Origin: an uncultured Nitrospiraceae bacterium
GTDB lineage: Bacteria > Nitrospirota > Thermodesulfovibrionia > Thermodesulfovibrionales > Dissulfurispiraceae
Reading direction: 5' to 3'
Assembly (NCBI GenBank): GCA_963727805.1
Contig: CAVSHF010000005.1
Location: 832,001 to 896,000 of the forward strand
Length of the DNA: 64,000 bases
The notes beneath the pieces were generated by a model. That model saw only the letters and a program-made list of their open reading frames with translations, had not been told where the DNA came from and made no database searches. Numbering within the stretch: position 1 is the first letter of the stretch; every line of letters begins with the position of its first letter. Of this stretch, positions 32,337 through 40,758 are shown one piece after another. A program made the translations under genes and the position numbers.

Positions 32337-34037
32337 GTGCCCTCGAACAAAAGAGATATAGACGGCCTCATACTGCGGGGATTATCTGATCCCAGATTCA
32401 AAGATCGGATATTCAGACTTTGCTGGATACAAGACATATTTACTAAGCCATCCCAAAACTCTTACAAGGTCCTCTTCCAGGATGTAAACTCGCCAATGTA
32501 CTTACGGGAGAGTATTTTCCCGGAACACCTCTCTTATTACACCATAGGATCTTACTATCAGAATTCCAGGCTATACAACAACAGACCTGAAATAGGCGAC
32601 ACTATCCCTATAGAAATAGAATCTACAGAAAGCAATCTTATAAAAAGAATCTCCGATGTGATTACGGATGATGAGTATGATCTCAGAACCTTTTTTACAC
32701 CGTCATCTGGCAAGGAAAAAGATTATACGTCTGAGAATAAGAGGCAATACTGTGTTATATTCGAAACCGATAAACAAATCATTATTTTCCCTTGTGCTGT
32801 AATAGGTGCCACCTATTATTTCACGTCCTCTTCCATAAGGAAACTGATATTTGTGGGGAACCTGGAAGGGCTCTACGAAAAACCTGTCAAGATTGATTAC
32901 GAGATAAAAACGGCAATGATAGTCATGAAACCGGGATCGGCAAACGAGGACGCAAAGAATATCGTCCGGTTCGTGAAAGACCTCTACGCCGATGAACTGT
33001 GGAAAACTATCAGGATTAATCTTTTGCAGGAAAAGAGGTCGGTAGAGATATTCGGAGGAGAATCATCTTTCGTTCCTCTTAAGATCGATTTCCCAGTCAA
33101 ACAGAATATTCCCATGTGGGTCAGAGCATTAAAGTTTCCTGGAAACAACGGCACGAAAGAGAAGATTTTGGTCTTTGAGATATTGAGGGAGTATAGTCGC
33201 TATGATTTCGAATATCTCATACGCGTGAGGAGGGAACAGAGCAATGTAACCTCGGCCGAAAATGAGCTCATACCGACGGAAGCTAAAAAGACCAGCAGCA
33301 CGATAATTAATGAGCCGCCAATCTCTACCCTGAGCCCAGTCACTATCATATACAACGTTGATGATAAGAACCCCAATGCTGAAAAAATCAAGATTATCGA
33401 TCTGCACATAGCAGCTACTGATTCCACAATCCGTCCACTGCGCGAAATCTCCGACGAATTAGTGGATATAAGTCTCATTCAACCCGAATTGCACGGAGAG
33501 GAGTCCGTGAGACCAGGATCTATTGAGCAATCACATCAAGAACCGCAAAAGACGAAAAATAAATTAGCCTTTAGCCTCAAGGATTTTTGGTATATGACTG
33601 AGATACTCAAAAGCCACACAGATGTTGTAAATTTCCAAGTATATGAACCGCAGTTAATGCCAGCGAGGGATGAGGCAAGTCAAAAATTCTCTCTGAGGGA
33701 AGCGTACAACAAGGTATCCAGACAAAGGAGAGAATATCTGCATGTGACATTCAAATACCTCAACTTTAGTGTATGCCTCATAGAAATAGATCAGACTGCC
33801 TTGCCAAGCGGTTGTTCCACTTATGGATTGGTGATCAAGGGTGATTACAAGTTTACCCAGAGCAACATCGAAGATGTTCTGAATGCCTATGTAAGACGTG
33901 CGAAGATCGTGATGATTTCCGATAAAATGAAAAAACAGGGATTCATATTCTTATCTAAACATCATCCTGGAAAGACAGAAGACAGTTATTATGAAAGGTG
34001 GTGTGAGGAGCTTTTGAGAAAGATAAAGATTTTATGA
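32337..34037 (+). CDS. TnsE-like Tn7 target-selection protein (distant)
   Basis: 566 aa; IIFPCAVIGATYYF mid-region, acidic low-complexity linker, and C-terminal R(E)Y..V..CLIEID..STY..HHP..W pattern resembling TnsE_C. Confidence 0.55.
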   Translation: MPSNKRDIDGLILRGLSDPRFKDRIFRLCWIQDIFTKPSQNSYKVLFQDVNSPMYLRESIFPEHLSYYTIGSYYQNSRLYNNRPEIGDTIPIEIESTESNLIKRISDVITDDEYDLRTFFTPSSGKEKDYTSENKRQYCVIFETDKQIIIFPCAVIGATYYFTSSSIRKLIFVGNLEGLYEKPVKIDYEIKTAMIVMKPGSANEDAKNIVRFVKDLYADELWKTIRINLLQEKRSVEIFGGESSFVPLKIDFPVKQNIPMWVRALKFPGNNGTKEKILVFEILREYSRYDFEYLIRVRREQSNVTSAENELIPTEAKKTSSTIINEPPISTLSPVTIIYNVDDKNPNAEKIKIIDLHIAATDSTIRPLREISDELVDISLIQPELHGEESVRPGSIEQSHQEPQKTKNKLAFSLKDFWYMTEILKSHTDVVNFQVYEPQLMPARDEASQKFSLREAYNKVSRQRREYLHVTFKYLNFSVCLIEIDQTALPSGCSTYGLVIKGDYKFTQSNIEDVLNAYVRRAKIVMISDKMKKQGFIFLSKHHPGKTEDSYYERWCEELLRKIKIL

Positions 34038-34157
34038 TGGAGTTTGCTTATTTCGGTCTATTTTTGCAAGCCATATGATTCAATCCTCAGTGTATATCAG
34101 CTTAACCTTTTCTGGATGAAATTCGCGTAGCATTGGTAGGATAACGGAAAATATAAA

Positions 34158-34250
34158 TTGACAGAGTAATAGTAGTCTGCTAAGCTTTGTGATAGGAGGG
34201 GGGTCGACCGCCTTCAGTTTCTGATGGCGGTCGGTCATCCCTTTTTTATT
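34158..34250 (+). promoter_or_regulatory. Promoter followed immediately by a terminator hairpin (leader/attenuator or sRNA)
   Basis: TTGACA(34158)-17 bp-TAAGCT; then cgaccgccttcag-ttt-ctgatggcggtcg stem and a TTTTTT tract. Confidence 0.6.
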
Positions 34251-34324
34251 GCTATTTACCAACGCCTCGAGTGTATTAATATCCGGAAGTGTGGATGTTG
34301 CAGTAATCATTCAGGAGGGAATAT

Positions 34325-35458
34325 ATGGCAATCAAGAGGGTATTTGTCAGTGATGTTCATATGAGTCCTGGTTGGAGTTTGCCCACCCCTCAGCGCTCAT
34401 ACGACTGGTTTAGCATCAGCCAAGCGCAAGAATTTGGGGCTTTCCTTGATAAAATGATTACTGATAAAACGATAGGCGAAGTGATACTTTTGGGTGACCT
34501 CATGGATGGATGGGTTTATCCAATCGAGACTAAGCCACCTATATATGCCGAGACAGCCAGCGCACTTCATATTGCCCCTATTATGAAGAAATTGAGGGAA
34601 CTTGCCAGGAATAAGCCGGTTATCTATGTTATAGGGAATCACGATATGACCCTAGCAGAGGCACAATTTGACAATTTCAGAACAACCGGGCTTGCGGGGA
34701 TTACATTTCAGGATATTTATGAAACGCCGGACGGACTTTTTGCTGCTCACGGGCATCAATATACCATGTATAACGCCGTTGATCCGAAACACGATTCAAA
34801 ACACAAACTTCCTCTAGGGCATTACATTTCCCGTCTTGCAGCCACTGTGGCCGAACGAAAAAACATCCGCTACAGCACTGCTGATATTGCAGCTATTGTC
34901 AGGGAAAGCTGTTCCGCTCAGTTAATAGCTTCGGGATTATTTGACCTGCTAGTGAATATACCGTTAAATCATTTAGCTAATGAATTGGGCAACATGGGAG
35001 ATAAAACTCAGATTAAAACGGTTGACGGCAAAAAAACTACTTTAGCTGCAATCAAACAACAATACTCGCGATTAGCCCACGATTGGGGAGAAGAACATGG
35101 ACTCCTCGCCCCTTTACAGTCAATCGAATGGGAAACTGAAGCAGTAGGGCTCTGCGGAGTAGCCGATCAAATAGCTAGAGGCACTCTGACTTCTTTTAAC
35201 ATCACCGTGGGTAAAAGGTACAAAGTGGTAATCTTCGGACATACTCATAAAGCAGACATTGAATATTTGCAAACACCTGATTTGCCAACTTCGCCGGAAC
35301 CAATTGATCGTTACGGTATTTATGCAAATTGTGGGGCGTGGTGCCTCAAAAAAGACGAACCTACTTACGTGATAGACGAATATGATCAAACCACCGGCGA
35401 GCACAAAATTACGTTAACCTATAGAGATCCGGCTAACAATATTCAACTTACAATTTAA
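34325..35458 (+). CDS. Calcineurin-like metallophosphoesterase
   Basis: SDVH, GDLMD, GNHD, HGH and GHTH motifs; AGGAGG RBS. Confidence 0.9.
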   Translation: MAIKRVFVSDVHMSPGWSLPTPQRSYDWFSISQAQEFGAFLDKMITDKTIGEVILLGDLMDGWVYPIETKPPIYAETASALHIAPIMKKLRELARNKPVIYVIGNHDMTLAEAQFDNFRTTGLAGITFQDIYETPDGLFAAHGHQYTMYNAVDPKHDSKHKLPLGHYISRLAATVAERKNIRYSTADIAAIVRESCSAQLIASGLFDLLVNIPLNHLANELGNMGDKTQIKTVDGKKTTLAAIKQQYSRLAHDWGEEHGLLAPLQSIEWETEAVGLCGVADQIARGTLTSFNITVGKRYKVVIFGHTHKADIEYLQTPDLPTSPEPIDRYGIYANCGAWCLKKDEPTYVIDEYDQTTGEHKITLTYRDPANNIQLTI

Positions 35459-35472
35459 ATACATGGAGACAA

Positions 35473-36348
35473 ATGACGCTCATAGAGGAACAGTTAACCG
35501 ATAAGGAGAAACTCATGGACACATTTGAGCTTTGGTCTTACGATGTCAGTGGTGATTTGGGACAATATGCAGAGCACACTTATATTAAGTGTCCTGATAA
35601 GGGAACGTATTTTGACTGTTGGGGTAACCATCAATCTCCAACTGAAGGAGCGGGTGTCCACCGTTTTTCCTGTGAAGGGATATATGAGGTGGCTGACTGT
35701 TACAGAAAGAATATTGGGGAAATTAAAGATACAGCGGGCATTGGTGTTTATGGCGTAAACGGAGTCTGCCATCAGACCGCAAACCTGTTTCTTTATTCGA
35801 CGGGACGGGCCATAACCATTGCTGACGGGGTAAAGGGCTATTGGCTTAGCAGCCTTGCTTACGGAACATATGGTGATCTGAATCCCTTTGATACGCCCAT
35901 CAAACCACTTTTTGTGGAAGCCTGGAAACTTACTGTATACAACCCTTGCTATCAAACATACGCCGATGGGAAAGGCAAAGGTAATGAGCTTTTCCAAAGT
36001 CTCGCGAAATTACACAAAACAATTGTGCAGGACAGGATCAAGATATCGCATCCTGAACTGATCCACCATGAAGCATCCATCCTTGCAAAACAGGTATTGC
36101 CTGAACTGAACACCGACCTTTTTGAAGATATTCATATCGATTTTCTGAGAGAAAAGCGTGCCATTATAACAACCAGGTTGAAGGGAGTTGATTTAGGCAA
36201 CAAGATTAACGAAGGCGCAGCTCAGTTTCAGATATCCCTGGCTCAAAGAATAGGAGCTGAGGCGTATAAAAAACTGACAGGATTGAATGCGGGGGAAACA
36301 CTGCGGATCATAGACCCAGCAATTGCAGCAAAAGCGGCTAAACAATGA
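35473..36348 (+). CDS. Hypothetical protein, possible permuted papain-like (His...Cys) enzyme
   Basis: AEHTY followed by YGVNGVCHQ, i.e. His before Cys; 14 bp after the upstream gene. Confidence 0.55.
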   Translation: MTLIEEQLTDKEKLMDTFELWSYDVSGDLGQYAEHTYIKCPDKGTYFDCWGNHQSPTEGAGVHRFSCEGIYEVADCYRKNIGEIKDTAGIGVYGVNGVCHQTANLFLYSTGRAITIADGVKGYWLSSLAYGTYGDLNPFDTPIKPLFVEAWKLTVYNPCYQTYADGKGKGNELFQSLAKLHKTIVQDRIKISHPELIHHEASILAKQVLPELNTDLFEDIHIDFLREKRAIITTRLKGVDLGNKINEGAAQFQISLAQRIGAEAYKKLTGLNAGETLRIIDPAIAAKAAKQ

Positions 36349-36500
36349 CAATGGACATAGCCAATTATCCATATGTTTGAATCCTTACAATTATCTGACC
36401 ATTTATAGGTGGTAGTGATGAAAATAAGGCTCGTTAGAATTCTGAATATCTTTGGACGCCCAGACAAAAATCTCAAGGATGAATTGAAGGGAGGAGTGAG

Positions 36501-37535
36501 ATGGACATAGAATTCCATTATTACATGACTCACCTGATTGCATTAAGGGCTGGCTTCAAAAAAGAAGATGCTCTGAAAATAGCCTATGCAAGCCAATATA
36601 CGGATGATAATGATGAATCGCGTAAGATCATGGGAGGGGATACGCCATACTACAATTCAATAAGCCAAACGTCGGATATTCAAAAGCCACAGGAAGAACG
36701 ACTGAGCATATACCCGATATTTCACTTCTGTCCTGGCACAAAAGATGAGATGTTCAAATATTCGCCATTGCGCAAGGATGGCGGTTTTAATCTACTTACA
36801 ACTATTCGGGATAATAGTAATGCGCGGAAGATTTTCGATGATGCTCTCAAGGCTGGCGACGTATATCGCATCGGCATCGGGACACACATGTATGCGGATA
36901 CGTTTTGCCATAGGGACTTTTCAGGGTGGAAGGATGCATTTAACTGGATCAAGCTGAAAGGATTTGCCGGAGGAGTATGGAATGCTGTGGGACCAGCAAT
37001 CGGGCATGCACTTGCGATGCATAATCCGGATATACCATCTCTTGTATGGGAAGACACGCGGCTGACTTCAAAGTACAGCCTTAAAAAAAATAAAGAACAG
37101 ATCCTCATGGCAGCAGGAAACATCTTCGATATTTATTGCGGGCTGACTAAACCGGGAAAAAAGAAATCTGCCAGCAGAGATAAGCTTCTCGGCGATCTTA
37201 GTGACGCCATAGGGAACGAGGCCGAGACCGATTCGACCAAAGATGTTCGTGTTAAAAATTACAGAATTCTTCTCGATCTCGATTATAGGGAATACGATGA
37301 ACAGCAATGGTTTGATAGTGCAGTTGATGAAGTAGTAGATCCTAAAACAGTGGGCACCTCTAATCTTAGAATGCTTATTTGGAAACAAGATTATATGAAA
37401 AGTGACTGGTACTTGTTTCAGGAGGCGGTAAAAGAGCATCATGAAGCGGCGATGTATGTTCTTAAGGATACGTTTGATTTGATGGAAATAGATGAAAAAA
37501 TGCTGGTGGGCAAGTCTACTGGTGATACGGAGTAA
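36501..37535 (+). CDS. DUF6765-like protein (phospholipase C/P1 nuclease-like Zn motifs)
   Basis: FHYY, ASQYTDD, FHF and GIGTHMYADTFCH; GGAGG RBS. Confidence 0.7.
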   Translation: MDIEFHYYMTHLIALRAGFKKEDALKIAYASQYTDDNDESRKIMGGDTPYYNSISQTSDIQKPQEERLSIYPIFHFCPGTKDEMFKYSPLRKDGGFNLLTTIRDNSNARKIFDDALKAGDVYRIGIGTHMYADTFCHRDFSGWKDAFNWIKLKGFAGGVWNAVGPAIGHALAMHNPDIPSLVWEDTRLTSKYSLKKNKEQILMAAGNIFDIYCGLTKPGKKKSASRDKLLGDLSDAIGNEAETDSTKDVRVKNYRILLDLDYREYDEQQWFDSAVDEVVDPKTVGTSNLRMLIWKQDYMKSDWYLFQEAVKEHHEAAMYVLKDTFDLMEIDEKMLVGKSTGDTE

Positions 37536-37588
37536 TTGTATTCCTATTGTCTCTTTTAGGAATTCACAGTAACAGGAGAAAGGAAATT

Positions 37589-39049
37589 ATGCCTCTTGCG
37601 ATTCGTCCATCTCATTTTTATAGCCTTTTAAGTCCATCCGAATGTGCATTGCGGCTATATCTAAATCATCAGGGGATCGAGCCTGAAACGCCAGGAGCAT
37701 TTGAGCAGGTGCTTTTTCGACTGGGACAGAGACATGAGAAGAATCATCTGGCTACCTTTTGTGCTTTTTCAGATCTGACAGGCAAATCAGCAGAAGCAAC
37801 TGTGGAGGAATTAAATAGAAGAGCACCAGTTATATATCAAGGTACCCTCCGAGCCACAGTGCAAATAGATGATAATCTGATCGAGATCGTTGGCATTCCG
37901 GATTTCATGATCTGGGACGAGACGGGCTATGTAATTCGCGATTGCAAAATATCACGGCACATAGATGAAGCACGCCATCCTGAAATACCTCGGCAAATGC
38001 AAACATACGGATGGCTTTTCGAAAAGATAACCGGCAACAGACCTTTAAGGCTTGAGGTGTTAAAAGGCGATGGCATCATAGAAACCTTAGACTATGCCGG
38101 AGAAAGTGTGCCTTTATCGTATCTGCAATCTTTGGCGGAGATCATTTCCCTGAATGAGGAGCCGTATTCACCGGTCGGATGGAGTAAATGCGGTAGCTGT
38201 GGATATAACGAACTATGTTGGACACGCGCTTCTGATCAAAGGGATGTCGCTTTGGTATACGAGCTTGATCAAAACCTCGCCAAGCGTTTGCGCGAACTAG
38301 GTGTTTTGACAATAGAGCAACTCGTTGGTCGATATAATGAGCCAACACTGTCAGAACTCAAGAGGCCTTGGGGGGCCCGAGAACAAAAGGTTGGGAAAAA
38401 AGCAGAAAGGATACTTTTACAGTCAAGAGCAATGATCGCTAAGAAAGAAATTATCCTTAAAAAGCCTGCGATCCCGATATCAAAGAATTATGCCATGTTC
38501 GATCTTGAGGGGCTCCCTCCGCAATTGGATGAACTCGACAAGATTTACCTGTGGGGCGTTCAGGTATTCGGTGAAATGCCGAGTCCCTTCCTTCATTCTC
38601 TTGCAAATATTGGATCGGAAGGCGACAGGCAGGGATGGGAGGATTTCCTGATGATCGCTAAATCGATTTTCTCAACTTATGGAGTTATTCCCTTTGTACA
38701 CTGGGCGCCATATGAGAAAACCAAAATAAAGATTTATATGGAACGATACGGCGATATCGAGGGGCTAGCTGAGAAGGTCCTCTCCAACCTGGTCGATCTA
38801 TTGCCAATTACACGCGAGGCAGTCGTAATCCCCGAACCGAGCTATAGTCTGAAAGTTGTCGAGAAGTACGTCGGATTCAAGCGGACACAAGATGAGTACG
38901 GTGGCGATTGGTCAATCGCCAAATATATTGAAGCGGTGGAAACGGATGATGAAAATAAGAGAAAATCGCTTATCAATGAGATCTTAAAATATAACGAAGA
39001 AGATCTTCAGGCTACTTGGGCAGTGTTTGATTGGTTGAAAACTCTTTAA
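37589..39049 (+). CDS. TM0106-family RecB-like nuclease (PD-(D/E)XK + HhH + RNase H-like)
   Basis: G.RHE, GIPDFM..DCK, CxxC, FDLE, HWAPYE, YSLKVVE and YNEEDL. Confidence 0.85.
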   Translation: MPLAIRPSHFYSLLSPSECALRLYLNHQGIEPETPGAFEQVLFRLGQRHEKNHLATFCAFSDLTGKSAEATVEELNRRAPVIYQGTLRATVQIDDNLIEIVGIPDFMIWDETGYVIRDCKISRHIDEARHPEIPRQMQTYGWLFEKITGNRPLRLEVLKGDGIIETLDYAGESVPLSYLQSLAEIISLNEEPYSPVGWSKCGSCGYNELCWTRASDQRDVALVYELDQNLAKRLRELGVLTIEQLVGRYNEPTLSELKRPWGAREQKVGKKAERILLQSRAMIAKKEIILKKPAIPISKNYAMFDLEGLPPQLDELDKIYLWGVQVFGEMPSPFLHSLANIGSEGDRQGWEDFLMIAKSIFSTYGVIPFVHWAPYEKTKIKIYMERYGDIEGLAEKVLSNLVDLLPITREAVVIPEPSYSLKVVEKYVGFKRTQDEYGGDWSIAKYIEAVETDDENKRKSLINEILKYNEEDLQATWAVFDWLKTL

Positions 39050-39123
39050 GTAATTTACATGCTCAATTGCTGAAAAGCTCGCATTTATAAAACAGGTGTA
39101 CAATTACCCAATAAGGTAAATGC

Positions 39124-39363
39124 TCATCTCAGTTTTGAAGCATACATTTTTTTAACTACCCTGCTTATGAAGCTATTCAATCCTCTTCCCTCAATAGCTA
39201 ACCGTTTCATTTGCTCAATATTGTTGTTGCCAGCACTGTGGTAGTTGTACAGATAAAGAGACCCATCTTTAAATTGAACTTTTATAAAGTCGACTCCAAT
39301 TTCATAAGCAATAACTCCCGAATCGCCTCCAAGATTCTTGTAACTGTCCATAATTATCTCCAT
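39124..39363 (-). CDS. KTSC-like small protein
   Basis: YKNLGGDSGVIAYEIG.DFIKVQFKDGSLYLY..G.GLNSFI. Confidence 0.7.
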   Translation of the reverse strand: MEIIMDSYKNLGGDSGVIAYEIGVDFIKVQFKDGSLYLYNYHSAGNNNIEQMKRLAIEGRGLNSFISRVVKKMYASKLR

Positions 39364-39695
39364 TCTGGTTTGATGTTTAAGAATCTAAATATCACTATTA
39401 TGTAGCATGCTTATTGTTTCGAGACTAGCATATTGATTAAATAATTACAACTGTTAGTCAAACAACTAGTCAAAAGGGCGATGCAATATTAATCAAACTC
39501 ATACCGCCACAGGGATAGTAAGTGTCGCGGAAGAACAACGACTTAAACTCAGATGTCTCATTCAGCTTTAAGACAACCTCAGAAGGTGGCGAGCTGCGGC
39601 CATCATATATTGAACGGTCGGCTTCCATCGAAATTACTGGTCCGCATCATCTTTATAAGAACGCGCTGATACTAATAATCCCCTCCAGCCCTAAT

Positions 39696-39721
39696 TTATA
39701 ATGTCATATATGACATTATAA
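39696..39721. promoter_or_regulatory. Perfect 26-bp palindrome, probable operator
   Basis: ttataatgtcata|tatgacattataa upstream of the DUF6471-like regulator. Confidence 0.65.
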
Positions 39722-39787
39722 TAATATATATGATATAATTAATTATAATATGGAATATAAATGTTATATTCGACAAAAGGCTTAAAG

Positions 39788-40030
39788 ATGGCAAAGATCG
39801 AGTGGACCGAAATCACCAAGGGACTCATTAAATCACAGTTGGCGCTGAGAAATATTTCTTACCTAGAGTTGTCAAGGAAACTGGACAAGATCGGTGTAAC
39901 GGAAACGCCACAGAGCATAAACAGCAAACTTAATAGGGGTAGTTTTCCCGCAACATTCTTTATTCAATGCTTGAGAGCTATCGGATGTAAGTTAACGATC
40001 AAATGTAAAGGGGATGATCTCTATGAATAG
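39788..40030 (+). CDS. DUF6471-like HTH regulator
   Basis: W..KGLIKSQL..ISY.EL..L..IGV.ET..SINSKLNRGSF.A.FFIQCL.AIG. Confidence 0.75.
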   Translation: MAKIEWTEITKGLIKSQLALRNISYLELSRKLDKIGVTETPQSINSKLNRGSFPATFFIQCLRAIGCKLTIKCKGDDLYE

Positions 40031-40126
40031 AACCGCGAATTTTAACAAATAGAAGAGTTGGAAGCTCAATAAAGGTATGTTCACATGGCTTTAGATAGGG
40101 AAAGTCATCAAAAAGGAGACTATATC

Positions 40127-40738
40127 ATGAAAAAAAGTATGATCGAGCTGACTACAGTACCTTCAAGTAAGAAGAACATCGAAGAATCAGTGTGCGAAAC
40201 ATCTGAGATTCGCTTTTATCGGGCAAATGAGAAACTCTATGGTGCCTTTAGCAATCTCTATCGCAGGAATATTCTTTTTGAGGGGCGGGTGTATCCTTCA
40301 GCTGAGCACGCTTACCAAGCAGGGAAAGCTAGAAAGGAAGCTGTAAGAGAATGGATATTGAGTGCGCCTTCTCCCGCCCTAGTGGCAATGGCGGCTCATG
40401 GACTTTACACTTGGGATATTGTGCCCAATTGGGCTGCTATTAAATTTGAACGTATGCAACAGGTACTGCATGCCAAATTTACTCAACACGATGACCTCTG
40501 TGAATTGCTGCTTTCTACTGGCGATGCGCGACTTGTTGAAGCGGGTACGGTCGATAGTCCTATTAACCGGCTATGGGGCGAAGTAAACGGTAAGGGTCAG
40601 AACATGTTGGGTGTCCTATTAATGAAATTGAGAGTAGCACTACAGAGCGAACTCGCTTTCCAAAAGGACATAACAAAGTGTAGAATTAACAATCTCAGAG
40701 TAATTGGAAGACAGGACACTATTTGTGTAGGGGAATAA
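40127..40738 (+). CDS. NADAR (YbiA-like) family N-glycosidase
   Basis: FSN..YPSAEHAYQA.K, W..K..M..AKFTQH..LLSTG..LVE..WG..GQNMLG..LM..R; AGGAG RBS. Confidence 0.9.
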   Translation: MKKSMIELTTVPSSKKNIEESVCETSEIRFYRANEKLYGAFSNLYRRNILFEGRVYPSAEHAYQAGKARKEAVREWILSAPSPALVAMAAHGLYTWDIVPNWAAIKFERMQQVLHAKFTQHDDLCELLLSTGDARLVEAGTVDSPINRLWGEVNGKGQNMLGVLLMKLRVALQSELAFQKDITKCRINNLRVIGRQDTICVGE

Positions 40739-40758
40739 CATTCTAATTTTTTCTCTAA

